Source: an uncultured Candidatus Saccharibacteria bacterium
Lineage (GTDB): Bacteria > Patescibacteriota > UBA1384 > CAYGGE01
Direction of reading: 5' to 3'
Length of the DNA stretch: 34,204 nt
Assembly: GCA_964592905.1 (NCBI GenBank)
Contig: CAZQGJ010000003.1
Coordinates: 1 to 34,204, forward strand
The first letter of the stretch is position 1, and every line of letters begins with the position of its first letter. A program made the translations under genes and the position numbers. Shown in pieces: positions 22,506 to 31,603 of this stretch. The notes under the pieces were generated by a model. That model was given only the letters and a program-made list of their open reading frames with translations, did not search any database and was not told the DNA's origin.

Positions 22506-23525
22506 ATGATTAAAAAGATACTTGTTACCGGTGGACTGGGCTTTATGGGCTCGGATTTCATTCGTCTGATGCTCGATACACAGCCCGAGATCGAGATAGT
22601 CAACCTCGACAAAGAAACCTATGCCGCCAATCGAGCTAATCTCAAAGACTACGATCAAAAAGCCAACTATCAATTAATCGTTGGCGATATCGCCGAGGCC
22701 GAGGCAGTTGACCGCGCCGCCCAGGCGCTCGATAACCAGATCGATGCGATTATCAACTTTGCCGCCGAGACCCATGTCGACCGCTCGATTGCCGATCCGA
22801 CCGCCTTTTTGGCTACCGCCGTCCAAGGCACCTATCAACTCCTCGAACTAGCTAAACGACTCAAGGTCAAACGCTATATCCAGATCTCAACTGACGAGAT
22901 CTTTGGCGAGATCGAGGTTGGCGGCTTTACCGAAGAATCACCAGTCCAGCCTCGCAGTCCCTATTCGGCTGCCAAGGCCGCCGGCGATCTCTTAACCATG
23001 AGCTATGCCAATACCTACGAACTGCCGGTTATCGTTACCCACTGCTGTAATAACTACGGACCGTTTCAATATCCTGAAAAACTGATTCCATTGGCCTTGA
23101 CCAATCTAATCGAAGGCAAGAGTGTTCCGGTTTATGGCGATGGATTACAGACGAGGGAGTGGATCTTTGTCCGTGATCACTCCTTGGCTATTCAGTTTCT
23201 ATTAACGCACGGTCAGACCGGCCAGGTTTACAACATCGGCTCTGGGGTTGAAAAAACTAATCGTGAGCTTCTATCTAAGCTGCTTGAGCTGACGAATTTA
23301 CCAGCCAGTCGGCTAGAAACGGTACAGGATCGTCCGGGCCACGACCGTCGCTACGCTATCGATAGCGCTAAGTTGCGCTCGCTCGGTTGGCAACCGCAAA
23401 CGGGCTTTGAACAAGGATTAGCCGAAACAGTCAAGTTTTACCAAGAAAGACGAGATTGGTGGGAACCGATTAAGGCCGGCGAATACAAACAATACTATCA
23501 AAAACAGTATCGACAGGCGGCCTAA
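22506..23525 (+). CDS. rmlB: dTDP-glucose 4,6-dehydratase
   Basis: 339-aa SDR with the Rossmann motif VTGGLGFMGS, STDEIFG and the YSAAKAA catalytic Y-x-x-x-K. DRPGHDRRYAIDSAKL is typical of RmlB. Confidence 0.88.
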   Translation: MIKKILVTGGLGFMGSDFIRLMLDTQPEIEIVNLDKETYAANRANLKDYDQKANYQLIVGDIAEAEAVDRAAQALDNQIDAIINFAAETHVDRSIADPTAFLATAVQGTYQLLELAKRLKVKRYIQISTDEIFGEIEVGGFTEESPVQPRSPYSAAKAAGDLLTMSYANTYELPVIVTHCCNNYGPFQYPEKLIPLALTNLIEGKSVPVYGDGLQTREWIFVRDHSLAIQFLLTHGQTGQVYNIGSGVEKTNRELLSKLLELTNLPASRLETVQDRPGHDRRYAIDSAKLRSLGWQPQTGFEQGLAETVKFYQERRDWWEPIKAGEYKQYYQKQYRQAA

Positions 23526-24448
23526 TGCGCATCCTGATCACTGGCGCCGCCGGTCAGCTCGGCTATCACTTAAAACTAGCCCTGGCGGCGCACGACCTGA
23601 TCCTAACAGATACGGATAATTACGACATCTCCCAAGCCGACTTAATCCAGAAGCAGACCGCCCTCTGGCAACCAGAGGTGATCATTCACGCCGCCGCCTA
23701 TACTAACGTCGACAGGGCCGAAGAGCAGCGTGAGTTGGCCCATCTGGTCAACGTTACCGGTAGCCTTAACGTTGCCCACGCCGCCAAGGCGATTGGGGCT
23801 CGTCTGTTCTTTATCTCGACTGACTATGTTTTTAACGGTCACTCTACTACGCCGTATCGAATCGACCAACCAACCGAACCAATTAGCTTCTACGGCCAGA
23901 CCAAGGCCGAGGCCGAGGCAGCCCTAACCGCCCTCGACCCTCGGACCGTTATCTGTCGGACGAGTTGGCTCTACGGTGGCCCAAAGCCAAAGGCCGATTA
24001 CGCCTTTTTAGATAACGGAGTCAAAAACTTCGTTTATACCATTCTTAAGCTGGCCAAACAGGCCGAAACTGGAGCAAGTTTACCAGTAGTCTACGACCAA
24101 GTCGGCTCACCCACTTATGCGGCCGATCTGGCTTTGGCCATGGCTAAACTCATCGAACGGCCCGATTGGCCAAGTCAGTTACCACGGGTCTGCCATTTGA
24201 CTGGCCAAGGGACTACCGATTGGGCAGTCTTGGCTCAGACGATATTGAATCTGACTGGACTGGCTCAAGAGCGACAACTGAGTATCGAACCGATTAGTAG
24301 CGATGAGTATGCCAAGCGGTTTCCGCTGTCCACACGGCGACCAGCCTATTCCGTCCTCGATCAGAGCGACTGGCAAAAGTTAGGCATTGAGTTGCGACCA
24401 TGGCAAGAGGCTTTGGCCGATTTCTTAAGCGACTGGTCAAACAAATGA
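23525..24448 (+). CDS. rmlD: dTDP-4-dehydrorhamnose reductase
   Basis: 307-aa ORF with MRILITGAAGQLG, AAYTNVDRAE, ISTDYVFNG and YGQTKAEAE (Y-x-x-x-K). It has a TAATG overlap with rmlB. Confidence 0.85.
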   Translation: MRILITGAAGQLGYHLKLALAAHDLILTDTDNYDISQADLIQKQTALWQPEVIIHAAAYTNVDRAEEQRELAHLVNVTGSLNVAHAAKAIGARLFFISTDYVFNGHSTTPYRIDQPTEPISFYGQTKAEAEAALTALDPRTVICRTSWLYGGPKPKADYAFLDNGVKNFVYTILKLAKQAETGASLPVVYDQVGSPTYAADLALAMAKLIERPDWPSQLPRVCHLTGQGTTDWAVLAQTILNLTGLAQERQLSIEPISSDEYAKRFPLSTRRPAYSVLDQSDWQKLGIELRPWQEALADFLSDWSNK

Positions 24449-26028
24449 ACAGGCCGAAGAGCAGCCAGCCAAGCGATCACGATGAGCTAGCGATAGCTAG
24501 TTATCCTGTCGGCCAGCCAGCTGAACAACCGACCGATCGGCTACCAGCTCAGCCGACAGAACGACCGATGGGACAAAAGATTGCCTATAACACCGTCATC
24601 CAGTTTGCCGGTCGGATTATCGGGGCGATCCTGGCCATCATCTCGACACGGTTAATTGCCGATGCGCTCGGAGTCGCCGAATACGGTCGCTACGCCACCA
24701 TCTTTGCCTATATCACCTTTTTTGGCGCCTTTGCCGACTTTGGCTTCTTCTGGTATCTGGTTCGTGAGGTAGCAAAATCTCCGGCCTCAACCGAAAAGAT
24801 TACCGCCAATGTCATCACCCTCAGATTACTCTTTAGTCTTGGGGTTTTAATCTTAGGTAGCTTAATCGCCTGGTTAATTCCTAATTACGATAACGAGGTC
24901 AAGTTAGGTATTATTCTCTTAGCCGGTTCGATGCTTTGGGTCACCCTCTCGAACACGCTAATCGGGATCTTTCAGGCCAATAATCGGATGGACTATCCGG
25001 TCATTAACGAGATTATCGGGAGGGTGACCACCCTAATCTTGACCGTGCTGGTACTCAAGGCGGGCTTGGGACTGTTGCCGATTGTGCTCGCCGCCCTTTC
25101 CGGCAGCTTTATCATCTTTGCCCTCAATGCCATTATGGTGCGTCGCTACACAAGGTTGCGCCTAGGCTTTGATAGAGAGCTTTGGCGCTCGATTATGCGC
25201 GAAAATCTCAGCTTAGGCATCAATGTCTTACTAGGTATTATCTATTTCAAGATCGACTCGGTGATTCTGTCGGCACTCCGGCCTAGTCTAGATATCGGTA
25301 TCTACGCGGCCGCCTATAAGATTATCGAGATCCTGTTGGCCTTTCCGGCGATGTTTATGGGAGCGATCTTCCCCTCGCTGGCGCCACTGTTGATCGAGAA
25401 CAAAACCAAGGCCAAGCAGTTGATGCAAATAGCCTTTGACGCACTGTTGATCGCCGGTATCGGTGTTTGGTTTGGCGCCGCTGCTCTCGCCCCCGAGATC
25501 ATTGAGCTGACGACCAAGGGTCGGGGCGGCTTCTTGACTGCCTCTGCCATCTCGATTAACGGCTTAGCGATTACCGCTCCGGTTATCTTACAGTTTCTCT
25601 TGGTGGCCGTTTTCTTAGCCTTTTTAGGTAACTTCTACGTTTCGGTCATTGTGGCCGCTGGCGTTCAGCAACGCCTGATTAAAACTAATATCGTTAACGC
25701 CATCGTCAACAGCCTGGGTAACTTTCTCTTGATTCCGCTCTTTAGCTATGTGGCCGCGGCCAGCTTTACGATTATTTCCGAACTGATTATGCTATTTTCG
25801 GCGGCCATCATCGTCAAGGGTCAGGTCGACTTTAGTCCAAACTGGCGAATCGCTCCCAAAGTCGTCTTAACCGGTCTGGCGATGGCTGTGGTGATTAACC
25901 TGACGAAGTCAGCTGGCTTGGCAGTCGCCGTCGGTTGTGGTAGCCTGACCTTTCTCGGTCTTAACTGGCTAGTCGGCAGTCTGGACCCCGAGTTAATTCG
26001 CCGATTGCTTAATCGCAAAGGATCCTAA
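24445..26028 (+). CDS. wzx: Polysaccharide flippase (Wzx / MOP-superfamily oligosaccharide flippase)
   Basis: Roughly 12-14 TM helices. I prefer the ATG at 24445 because it forms an ATGA overlap with the rmlD stop; the ORF-track start is 24400. The first 40 aa or so are Pro/Gln-rich, so the ATG at 24568 is also possible. Confidence 0.75.
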   Translation: MNRPKSSQPSDHDELAIASYPVGQPAEQPTDRLPAQPTERPMGQKIAYNTVIQFAGRIIGAILAIISTRLIADALGVAEYGRYATIFAYITFFGAFADFGFFWYLVREVAKSPASTEKITANVITLRLLFSLGVLILGSLIAWLIPNYDNEVKLGIILLAGSMLWVTLSNTLIGIFQANNRMDYPVINEIIGRVTTLILTVLVLKAGLGLLPIVLAALSGSFIIFALNAIMVRRYTRLRLGFDRELWRSIMRENLSLGINVLLGIIYFKIDSVILSALRPSLDIGIYAAAYKIIEILLAFPAMFMGAIFPSLAPLLIENKTKAKQLMQIAFDALLIAGIGVWFGAAALAPEIIELTTKGRGGFLTASAISINGLAITAPVILQFLLVAVFLAFLGNFYVSVIVAAGVQQRLIKTNIVNAIVNSLGNFLLIPLFSYVAAASFTIISELIMLFSAAIIVKGQVDFSPNWRIAPKVVLTGLAMAVVINLTKSAGLAVAVGCGSLTFLGLNWLVGSLDPELIRRLLNRKGS

Positions 26029-27113
26029 TGCGCATCGTACTTGATACACAGACTCGCCTTGGCAGTAAAACTGGCTTTGGTTTTTATGTCAATAATCTAG
26101 TTAAACAACTCGAAAAGATCGACCAGGTTAATCAATATACTTTTATACAACCAGCCAACGATAAGGATTTTTCAACGCCTCGACGGCTGCTCTGGGATCA
26201 GTTGACCTTTCCTTGGCTCGCCAATCGAGCGCGCGCCGATATCATTCATCAGCCCTGTTTTTCCACCCCGATTATTCATCGAGGCAAGGTCGTCGTCACC
26301 ATTCACGACCTGATTTCGGTCTTCTTTAGTCAGAACTTTCCCTTTTGGTCAGGGCTCTTTTTTGGCAAATTCATGCCAATGACCTATCGCTTTGCCGATC
26401 ACCTCATCGCAGTTTCGGAACATACCAAAAACGATGCGATCAAGGTATTAGGTTTAGACCCCAGCCGCATTACAGTCATTCACGAGGCGGCCGACGAGAG
26501 ATTTCACCCTAACTATACCGAGGCCGAGATCAAAGTGGCCAAGGCTAACTATCATATTCCAGACGAACCGTACTTAGTCCACGTCGGCACCCTTGAACCG
26601 CGCAAAAATCTCAACTTTTTAGTCGAGGCCTTTGCTCAGGCCATCGCCGACCCCAAAGTTAAAGGCAACTTAGTTATCGCTGGTAAAAAAGGCTGGTATT
26701 ACGAGGGTCTCTTTGCCCTGGTCGAGCGACTCAAGCTGACCAATCGAGTGATCTTTACCGGCTATGTGGCCGACGAAGATATTCCACGCCTGATGGTCGG
26801 GGCGACAGCTCTCGTCTTTCCTTCGCACTACGAAGGCTTCGGTCTGCCGCCTCTCGAAGCGATGGCTTCGGGGACTCCTGTCATCAGTAGCAATACCTCG
26901 TCGATGCCCGAGGTTGTCGATGGGGCTGGCTTGCTTTTGGAGCCAACCGATCTAGCCGGTTGGGCGATCGCCATTCAACGGATTCTGACAGATACCAAAT
27001 TACAACAAGAGTTAAGCCAAAAGGGCCTAGCTCGGGCCAAACAGTTCTCTTGGGAAAAGTGCGCCAGGGAAACAGTGGCGATCTACGAAAAGGTCTACCG
27101 CGGTGAGCTCTAG
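26028..27113 (+). CDS. GT4-family (GT-B) glycosyltransferase
   Basis: 361-aa ORF with GTLEPRKN and FPSHYEGFGLPPLEAMASGTPVI (E-x7-E motif). It has a TAATG overlap with wzx. Confidence 0.85.
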   Translation: MRIVLDTQTRLGSKTGFGFYVNNLVKQLEKIDQVNQYTFIQPANDKDFSTPRRLLWDQLTFPWLANRARADIIHQPCFSTPIIHRGKVVVTIHDLISVFFSQNFPFWSGLFFGKFMPMTYRFADHLIAVSEHTKNDAIKVLGLDPSRITVIHEAADERFHPNYTEAEIKVAKANYHIPDEPYLVHVGTLEPRKNLNFLVEAFAQAIADPKVKGNLVIAGKKGWYYEGLFALVERLKLTNRVIFTGYVADEDIPRLMVGATALVFPSHYEGFGLPPLEAMASGTPVISSNTSSMPEVVDGAGLLLEPTDLAGWAIAIQRILTDTKLQQELSQKGLARAKQFSWEKCARETVAIYEKVYRGEL

Positions 27114-28263
27114 ACCCGAATTTAAACTAGCGATCGATGCCCGCGAGGCCTTTTTGCCCACTGGTGGCAAGGCGCGTTACACGGCTGAACTGATTAGAAA
27201 CTTAATTTTAGAGCGGCCGGATTGGCAGTTTGTTTTGTATACCAAGTCGCCGGAACGGTTAGTCAGAGAGTTAGAGCCCCTCGTCCGCCCGGCCAGCAAC
27301 TATGAAATTATCGAGATTCGGGGCTGGCCGGGCGGCAAACAGCTCTGGCTCGCCTGGAACGCCTGGCGAACTGGCTGTCGAGCCATGCTCGCCCCAACTG
27401 GATATCTACCGGTCCTCTTTAGTCTCATCCCCTGCTGGTTGACGGTCCACGACCTAGCGATTTGGGTCGAACCCGCCTCGGAGCCGGCCCGTAAAACCTG
27501 GTTGGCCGAGCGGTTACTTTTACCTATGGCCGTTAACAAGGCCCAGGGCATCTTGGCGATCTCGGAGTCAACTAAAACAGACCTGATTAAGATTTTTAAG
27601 TTGCCCGCCTCTAAAATCGTAGTGACTTTACTCGGCTACGATCGCGAGCGCTATCAAGTTGCCAAAACGGCTGAACAGGCGGCCGACGATCAACTGCGAG
27701 CCAAACGGCTCAAGCTACCCAATTATTACTTCCTTTATCTCGGCACTATCGAGCCGCGTAAAAATTTACCTCTGCTGTTGCGCGCCTATCATCAATTGCC
27801 CGAGTCGATCCGTCAAGAGTATCGGCTGGTCATCGGCGGCCGTAAGGGCTGGAACGCCGAACCGATCTACCAACTAGCCGAAGAGTTAGCGACGAAACCG
27901 GCTCCGCTCTGGCTTGGCTCAGTAGCTAACGACGATCTACCGGCGCTATATCGCCTGGCGACTGCCTTTGTCTTTCCTTCGCATTACGAAGGCTTTGGCC
28001 TGCCACCGCTCGAGGCGATGGCCTGCGGCACTCCGGCGATCGTCGCTAATAACTCCTCGTTAATCGAAGTGGTTGCCGATCGACAGTGGCGCTTTGATCA
28101 TCGTTCAGTTGATGAGCTAGTCACTCAGATGACCAAATTGACCGACCCCAAGCAACGCGCCTTAGCCAGTTCGGCCGCTCTCAAGGCCGCGACAAAGTTT
28201 GACTTTGCCAAAACCGCGCAACTGTCAGCCGCCGCCATTGAATCGGGCCAACACCAGCGATGA
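27103..28263 (+). CDS. GT4-family (GT-B) glycosyltransferase, tandem paralog of the preceding gene
   Basis: 386-aa ORF with a GTG start overlapping the upstream gene by 11 nt. It carries GTIEPRKN and FPSHYEGFGLPPLEAMACGTPAI. Confidence 0.8.
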   Translation: MSSRPEFKLAIDAREAFLPTGGKARYTAELIRNLILERPDWQFVLYTKSPERLVRELEPLVRPASNYEIIEIRGWPGGKQLWLAWNAWRTGCRAMLAPTGYLPVLFSLIPCWLTVHDLAIWVEPASEPARKTWLAERLLLPMAVNKAQGILAISESTKTDLIKIFKLPASKIVVTLLGYDRERYQVAKTAEQAADDQLRAKRLKLPNYYFLYLGTIEPRKNLPLLLRAYHQLPESIRQEYRLVIGGRKGWNAEPIYQLAEELATKPAPLWLGSVANDDLPALYRLATAFVFPSHYEGFGLPPLEAMACGTPAIVANNSSLIEVVADRQWRFDHRSVDELVTQMTKLTDPKQRALASSAALKAATKFDFAKTAQLSAAAIESGQHQR

Positions 28264-29429
28264 CGATTAACTGGCTACTACCGTTTATGAACCTGACCGG
28301 CGGCATTAAAGTCCCGCTCGAATACGCTAATCAATTAGCAGAGCAGGGCCATCGGGTCAGAGTCTATTATCCGGGAGTCATCGAGACAGCACCAACCCAA
28401 AGATGGTATTGGTCATGGTTCGAGGCGCCGTTACGCCAGCTGAAATACTTAATCATGGTCAGTTGGCTCAAGCGACACGAGGCGCACTGGATCGCACTCA
28501 ATCCAAAGCTCGAGTTAATCAGGGTGCCGGCTCTCGAAACTCGCTTCATTAAGCCAGCCGATTGGCAGATTGCCACTGGTCAGGCCAATGACTGGCTGAT
28601 CCAACTGCCCGAATCCTGGGGATCCAAGGCCAATTTAGTCCAAGACTACGAGAGTTGGGTGCAGTCAGAGGCCGAGCTACTTCGCCAGCTCAAAAACCCT
28701 TCGAGTCACTTAATTATTATCTCGCAACAGTTAGCCGATAAGATTCATCGCCTAACCGGTCGAGGCGCCGATTTATTGCTAGCCAATGGCGTTAATACCG
28801 AGCTATTTCAACCGCCCAGTTCGATCAAGACCGAATCGCAGGCGGTCAAAAAGATCGGGCTACTTAACCATGCGGCGCCGCACAAAGGCAGCCTGCGAGC
28901 TTGGCAAACTGTTCGCTCTCTCCTTCTGGCCGATAGCACCCTCCAAATTGAGTTGACCGTCATCGGTCAAACAGATCCAAGCCATCTAAAGGCTCTTCAA
29001 TTACCGGCTAGCGAAAAGAATCGCTTAAAGCTCAATTGGTTAGGCGAACTCTCACAAGCCGAACTAATTACTCAACTCCAGAAAATCGATCTACTCATCT
29101 ATCTCCCGCTCGAAGAGGGTTATGGGCTCCTACCGCTCGAGCTGATGGCGATGGCTGTATCGGTAATTACGACTCCAGTCGGCGCCATGCCCGAGTACGG
29201 TCAAAATGTCCTCTATCTGACCAAGGGCGATCCGCTTGACGAGAGATCTGTCATCAAGCAGGCCACCGCCTTAGCTCAACAGATTCTATCTCAACCGTTT
29301 GAGCTATCTCGACTACAGCAAGGCGTCAAACAAGCCCAAGCCCTTAGTCTAAAGCAACAGACAACCAAGCTCAGCCACTGGCTCAATGACCAGCTTTTTC
29401 AAAAGCCCAACCAGGAACTGACTCAATGA
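28260..29429 (+). CDS. Divergent GT-B (GT4-like) glycosyltransferase
   Basis: 389-aa ORF with ATGA overlap. It has the N-terminal LTGGIKVPLEYANQLAEQGHRV and the C-terminal EEGYGLLPLELMAMAVSVITT (E-x7-E-like). Confidence 0.7.
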   Translation: MTINWLLPFMNLTGGIKVPLEYANQLAEQGHRVRVYYPGVIETAPTQRWYWSWFEAPLRQLKYLIMVSWLKRHEAHWIALNPKLELIRVPALETRFIKPADWQIATGQANDWLIQLPESWGSKANLVQDYESWVQSEAELLRQLKNPSSHLIIISQQLADKIHRLTGRGADLLLANGVNTELFQPPSSIKTESQAVKKIGLLNHAAPHKGSLRAWQTVRSLLLADSTLQIELTVIGQTDPSHLKALQLPASEKNRLKLNWLGELSQAELITQLQKIDLLIYLPLEEGYGLLPLELMAMAVSVITTPVGAMPEYGQNVLYLTKGDPLDERSVIKQATALAQQILSQPFELSRLQQGVKQAQALSLKQQTTKLSHWLNDQLFQKPNQELTQ

Positions 29430-30436
29430 CCAAACAGCCGATGGTAACCGTAATCATCTTAAACTGGCAGCAGCCACTCCTGACTTTGGAGCTATTGGCC
29501 GACTTAGAACGGCTTGATTATGCCAACTATCGCGTCGTGGTTGTCGATAACGGCTCGCGCGACAACTCGAAATCATTACTCCTCGACTATATCGGTCATC
29601 AGAGCCAATTAGCCAAAAACGGCCGGCTAGAGCTAATGCCTCTGGCCCATAACATCGGCTTTGCCGAGGGTAATAATCGAGCCGTTGAACGCTATCTGAA
29701 GCAGAGCGATTACTGCCTCTTTCTCAACAACGATACTCGGGTTGAGCCAAATCTCTTGACGGCGCTACTCGAAGCGTTCGAAGATCATGCCGAATCTAAA
29801 ACCGCCATGGTCAGTCCGTTGATCCACGATCTACCAGAGGGGGCGAAGCCAAATCGAAAGCTACCGATCTGGTTTGCCGGCGGCAACTTTAACTTTGGAC
29901 GCGGCGGCGCTCAACAGTCAACTGAACCAAGCTCTTGGCAAACCGTCTACCCGACTCACTTCTTATCTGGCTGTGCCCTATTGGTGAGCCGCTCTATCAT
30001 TGAGCTAGTTAACTCAACCTACACCGATGGCCCACAGTCGAAAAAATCTACTGGAGGACTAGTCTTTTTCGATCCTGACTTCTTTGCCTATAACGAAGAT
30101 GCTGACCTTTGTTATCGCCTGCAACAGTTAGACTATCAACTCCTGGTCACGCCCAAAACGCGAGCTTATCATCGCTTGGCTGGCAGCTCAGGTGGTCCTA
30201 AATCAGCCAATTTTTGGTACTATAATGTTCGTAACAACTGGCTGATGGTCAGTCGTTACGCCACCAATCTAGAAAAGCTACTATTCTGGCTCTACTTCTG
30301 GGGCTACAAGCCGGTTTTATTATCAATCCTCGGTGCACTATTGCGCCCTCGATCAGATAAACCGCTCCGTTTACGAGCGATTTGGCAAGGCTGGCAAGAC
30401 TATCGACACCAGCGCTTTGGCGTTCGGCAACTCTAA
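29426..30436 (+). CDS. GT2-family glycosyltransferase (rhamnosyltransferase-like)
   Basis: 336-aa ORF with ATGA overlap. It carries VTVIILNW, VVVVDNGSRDNS, GFAEGNN, LNNDT and EDADLCYRL, typical GT-A/GT2 motifs. Confidence 0.8.
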   Translation: MTKQPMVTVIILNWQQPLLTLELLADLERLDYANYRVVVVDNGSRDNSKSLLLDYIGHQSQLAKNGRLELMPLAHNIGFAEGNNRAVERYLKQSDYCLFLNNDTRVEPNLLTALLEAFEDHAESKTAMVSPLIHDLPEGAKPNRKLPIWFAGGNFNFGRGGAQQSTEPSSWQTVYPTHFLSGCALLVSRSIIELVNSTYTDGPQSKKSTGGLVFFDPDFFAYNEDADLCYRLQQLDYQLLVTPKTRAYHRLAGSSGGPKSANFWYYNVRNNWLMVSRYATNLEKLLFWLYFWGYKPVLLSILGALLRPRSDKPLRLRAIWQGWQDYRHQRFGVRQL

Positions 30437-30484
30437 ATTTATAGGTTATAATAATAAAGCGATAATTCACTCGACAGGAGGGGC

Positions 30485-31540
30485 ATGCAAAAATTACCCA
30501 AAACTATCATCGGATTAGTCATTCTGGCCGTCGTTGGACTGGGCGGTGGCATTGGCCTCAAGCGCTGGCAAGCCATTAGCAAAGACCGAGAGATTAAAAA
30601 GCAGTTCGCCTGGGGTATCTCGGCTCTGACCTTTCCTTTTCCGACATATATTGAAAAGTTCTCGACTCAAGACCAGATGCAAAGCGCCAAGAAGCTGGGT
30701 GTCCGCTATATCCGCATGGACTATATCCCAAGCAATCCCAAAGCAACCGATGCCATGATTCAAGGCGCTATCACAGCCGACCTGTCGCCAGTTTTGATTA
30801 TTCCGTTTGGACCAAACGACATCTTTAAAGACAAGGCGCTCGAAACCAACACGCAAAAATATGTCGGCGATATCGTCAAGCGTTACAAAGATCAGGTTAA
30901 GTACTTTCAACTAGCCACCGAGGTCGCCTCGGTTGCCCTGGCCAATGACTCAAGCAAGCACGGCATCGAGGTCAAAGATTACGCCCCCGATCGGCTAAAA
31001 GCTGTCACCACCTGGGTCAAAACGGCCGAAGCCACGGTCAAAAGTATTGCCCCGGCCGCTCAAACTATCATCAACGATCAATGGGTTCATACTGGCTTCT
31101 TTGACAACTATTTTGCTAACGGCGGCCAAACCGATATCCTCGGCTGGAACTGGTTTTCGGATATGGGTAACGACCCGAACGCCCCGGTTATCGATGGGCA
31201 GAGTAAAAAGACCTACGCCCTGATGACCAAGCTCAAGAGTTACAACAAGCCGATTTGGTTGACCGAAGTCAGCCGTCGACTAGGCAGTCAAGGCAATAAC
31301 GGCGCCTCGGCCGAACTTGAGCAGGCCGATTTCTTGACCCTGATGGCTGAATATGTCAAAACCGAACCGGCGATCAAGGGCTTCTTCGTCTATAACTTAC
31401 TCGAGGACCAAGCGGCACCGCTTCAAGAACGCGGCTATTCATTAATCAAAGCCCATGACGATAACGGTAAGAGTCAAAAAATCACCGGCGAAAAGTTAGC
31501 TTACGAACGCTATCGACTGATCATCAAAAAAGCTCGTTAG
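30485..31540 (+). CDS. Membrane-anchored glycoside-hydrolase-like TIM-barrel protein (paralog B)
   Basis: 351-aa ORF with AGGAGG 4 nt upstream of the ATG and the N-terminal TM helix IIGLVILAVVGLGGGIGL. It shares these blocks with paralog A: WGIS, IIPFGP-DIF, QLATE-ASVA, INDQWVHTGFFD, ILGWNWFSDMG and KPIWLTEV. Confidence 0.85.
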   Translation: MQKLPKTIIGLVILAVVGLGGGIGLKRWQAISKDREIKKQFAWGISALTFPFPTYIEKFSTQDQMQSAKKLGVRYIRMDYIPSNPKATDAMIQGAITADLSPVLIIPFGPNDIFKDKALETNTQKYVGDIVKRYKDQVKYFQLATEVASVALANDSSKHGIEVKDYAPDRLKAVTTWVKTAEATVKSIAPAAQTIINDQWVHTGFFDNYFANGGQTDILGWNWFSDMGNDPNAPVIDGQSKKTYALMTKLKSYNKPIWLTEVSRRLGSQGNNGASAELEQADFLTLMAEYVKTEPAIKGFFVYNLLEDQAAPLQERGYSLIKAHDDNGKSQKITGEKLAYERYRLIIKKAR

Positions 31541-31603
31541 CCATGTTCGAAGCGCTCTTGAGCGCTTGTCAAAAGCCAGATAACAGGCTAAAGTTAGCCA
31601 TAT

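Noticed and set aside
23525-29429. Possible alternative genetic code (UGA recoding, as in some CPR lineages).
   Set aside because: TGA is used as the stop in the ATGA overlaps at 24445-24448, 28260-28263 and 29426-29429, with conserved protein ends. The long conserved ORFs contain no in-frame TGA. The standard code fits.
31550-31567. A 7-bp GC-rich hairpin (AAGCGCT-CTTG-AGCGCTT) after GH-like gene B.
   Set aside because: No U-tract follows it and the operon appears to continue into the Wzy_C genes. It may be a processing or stability element, but I cannot support calling it a terminator.
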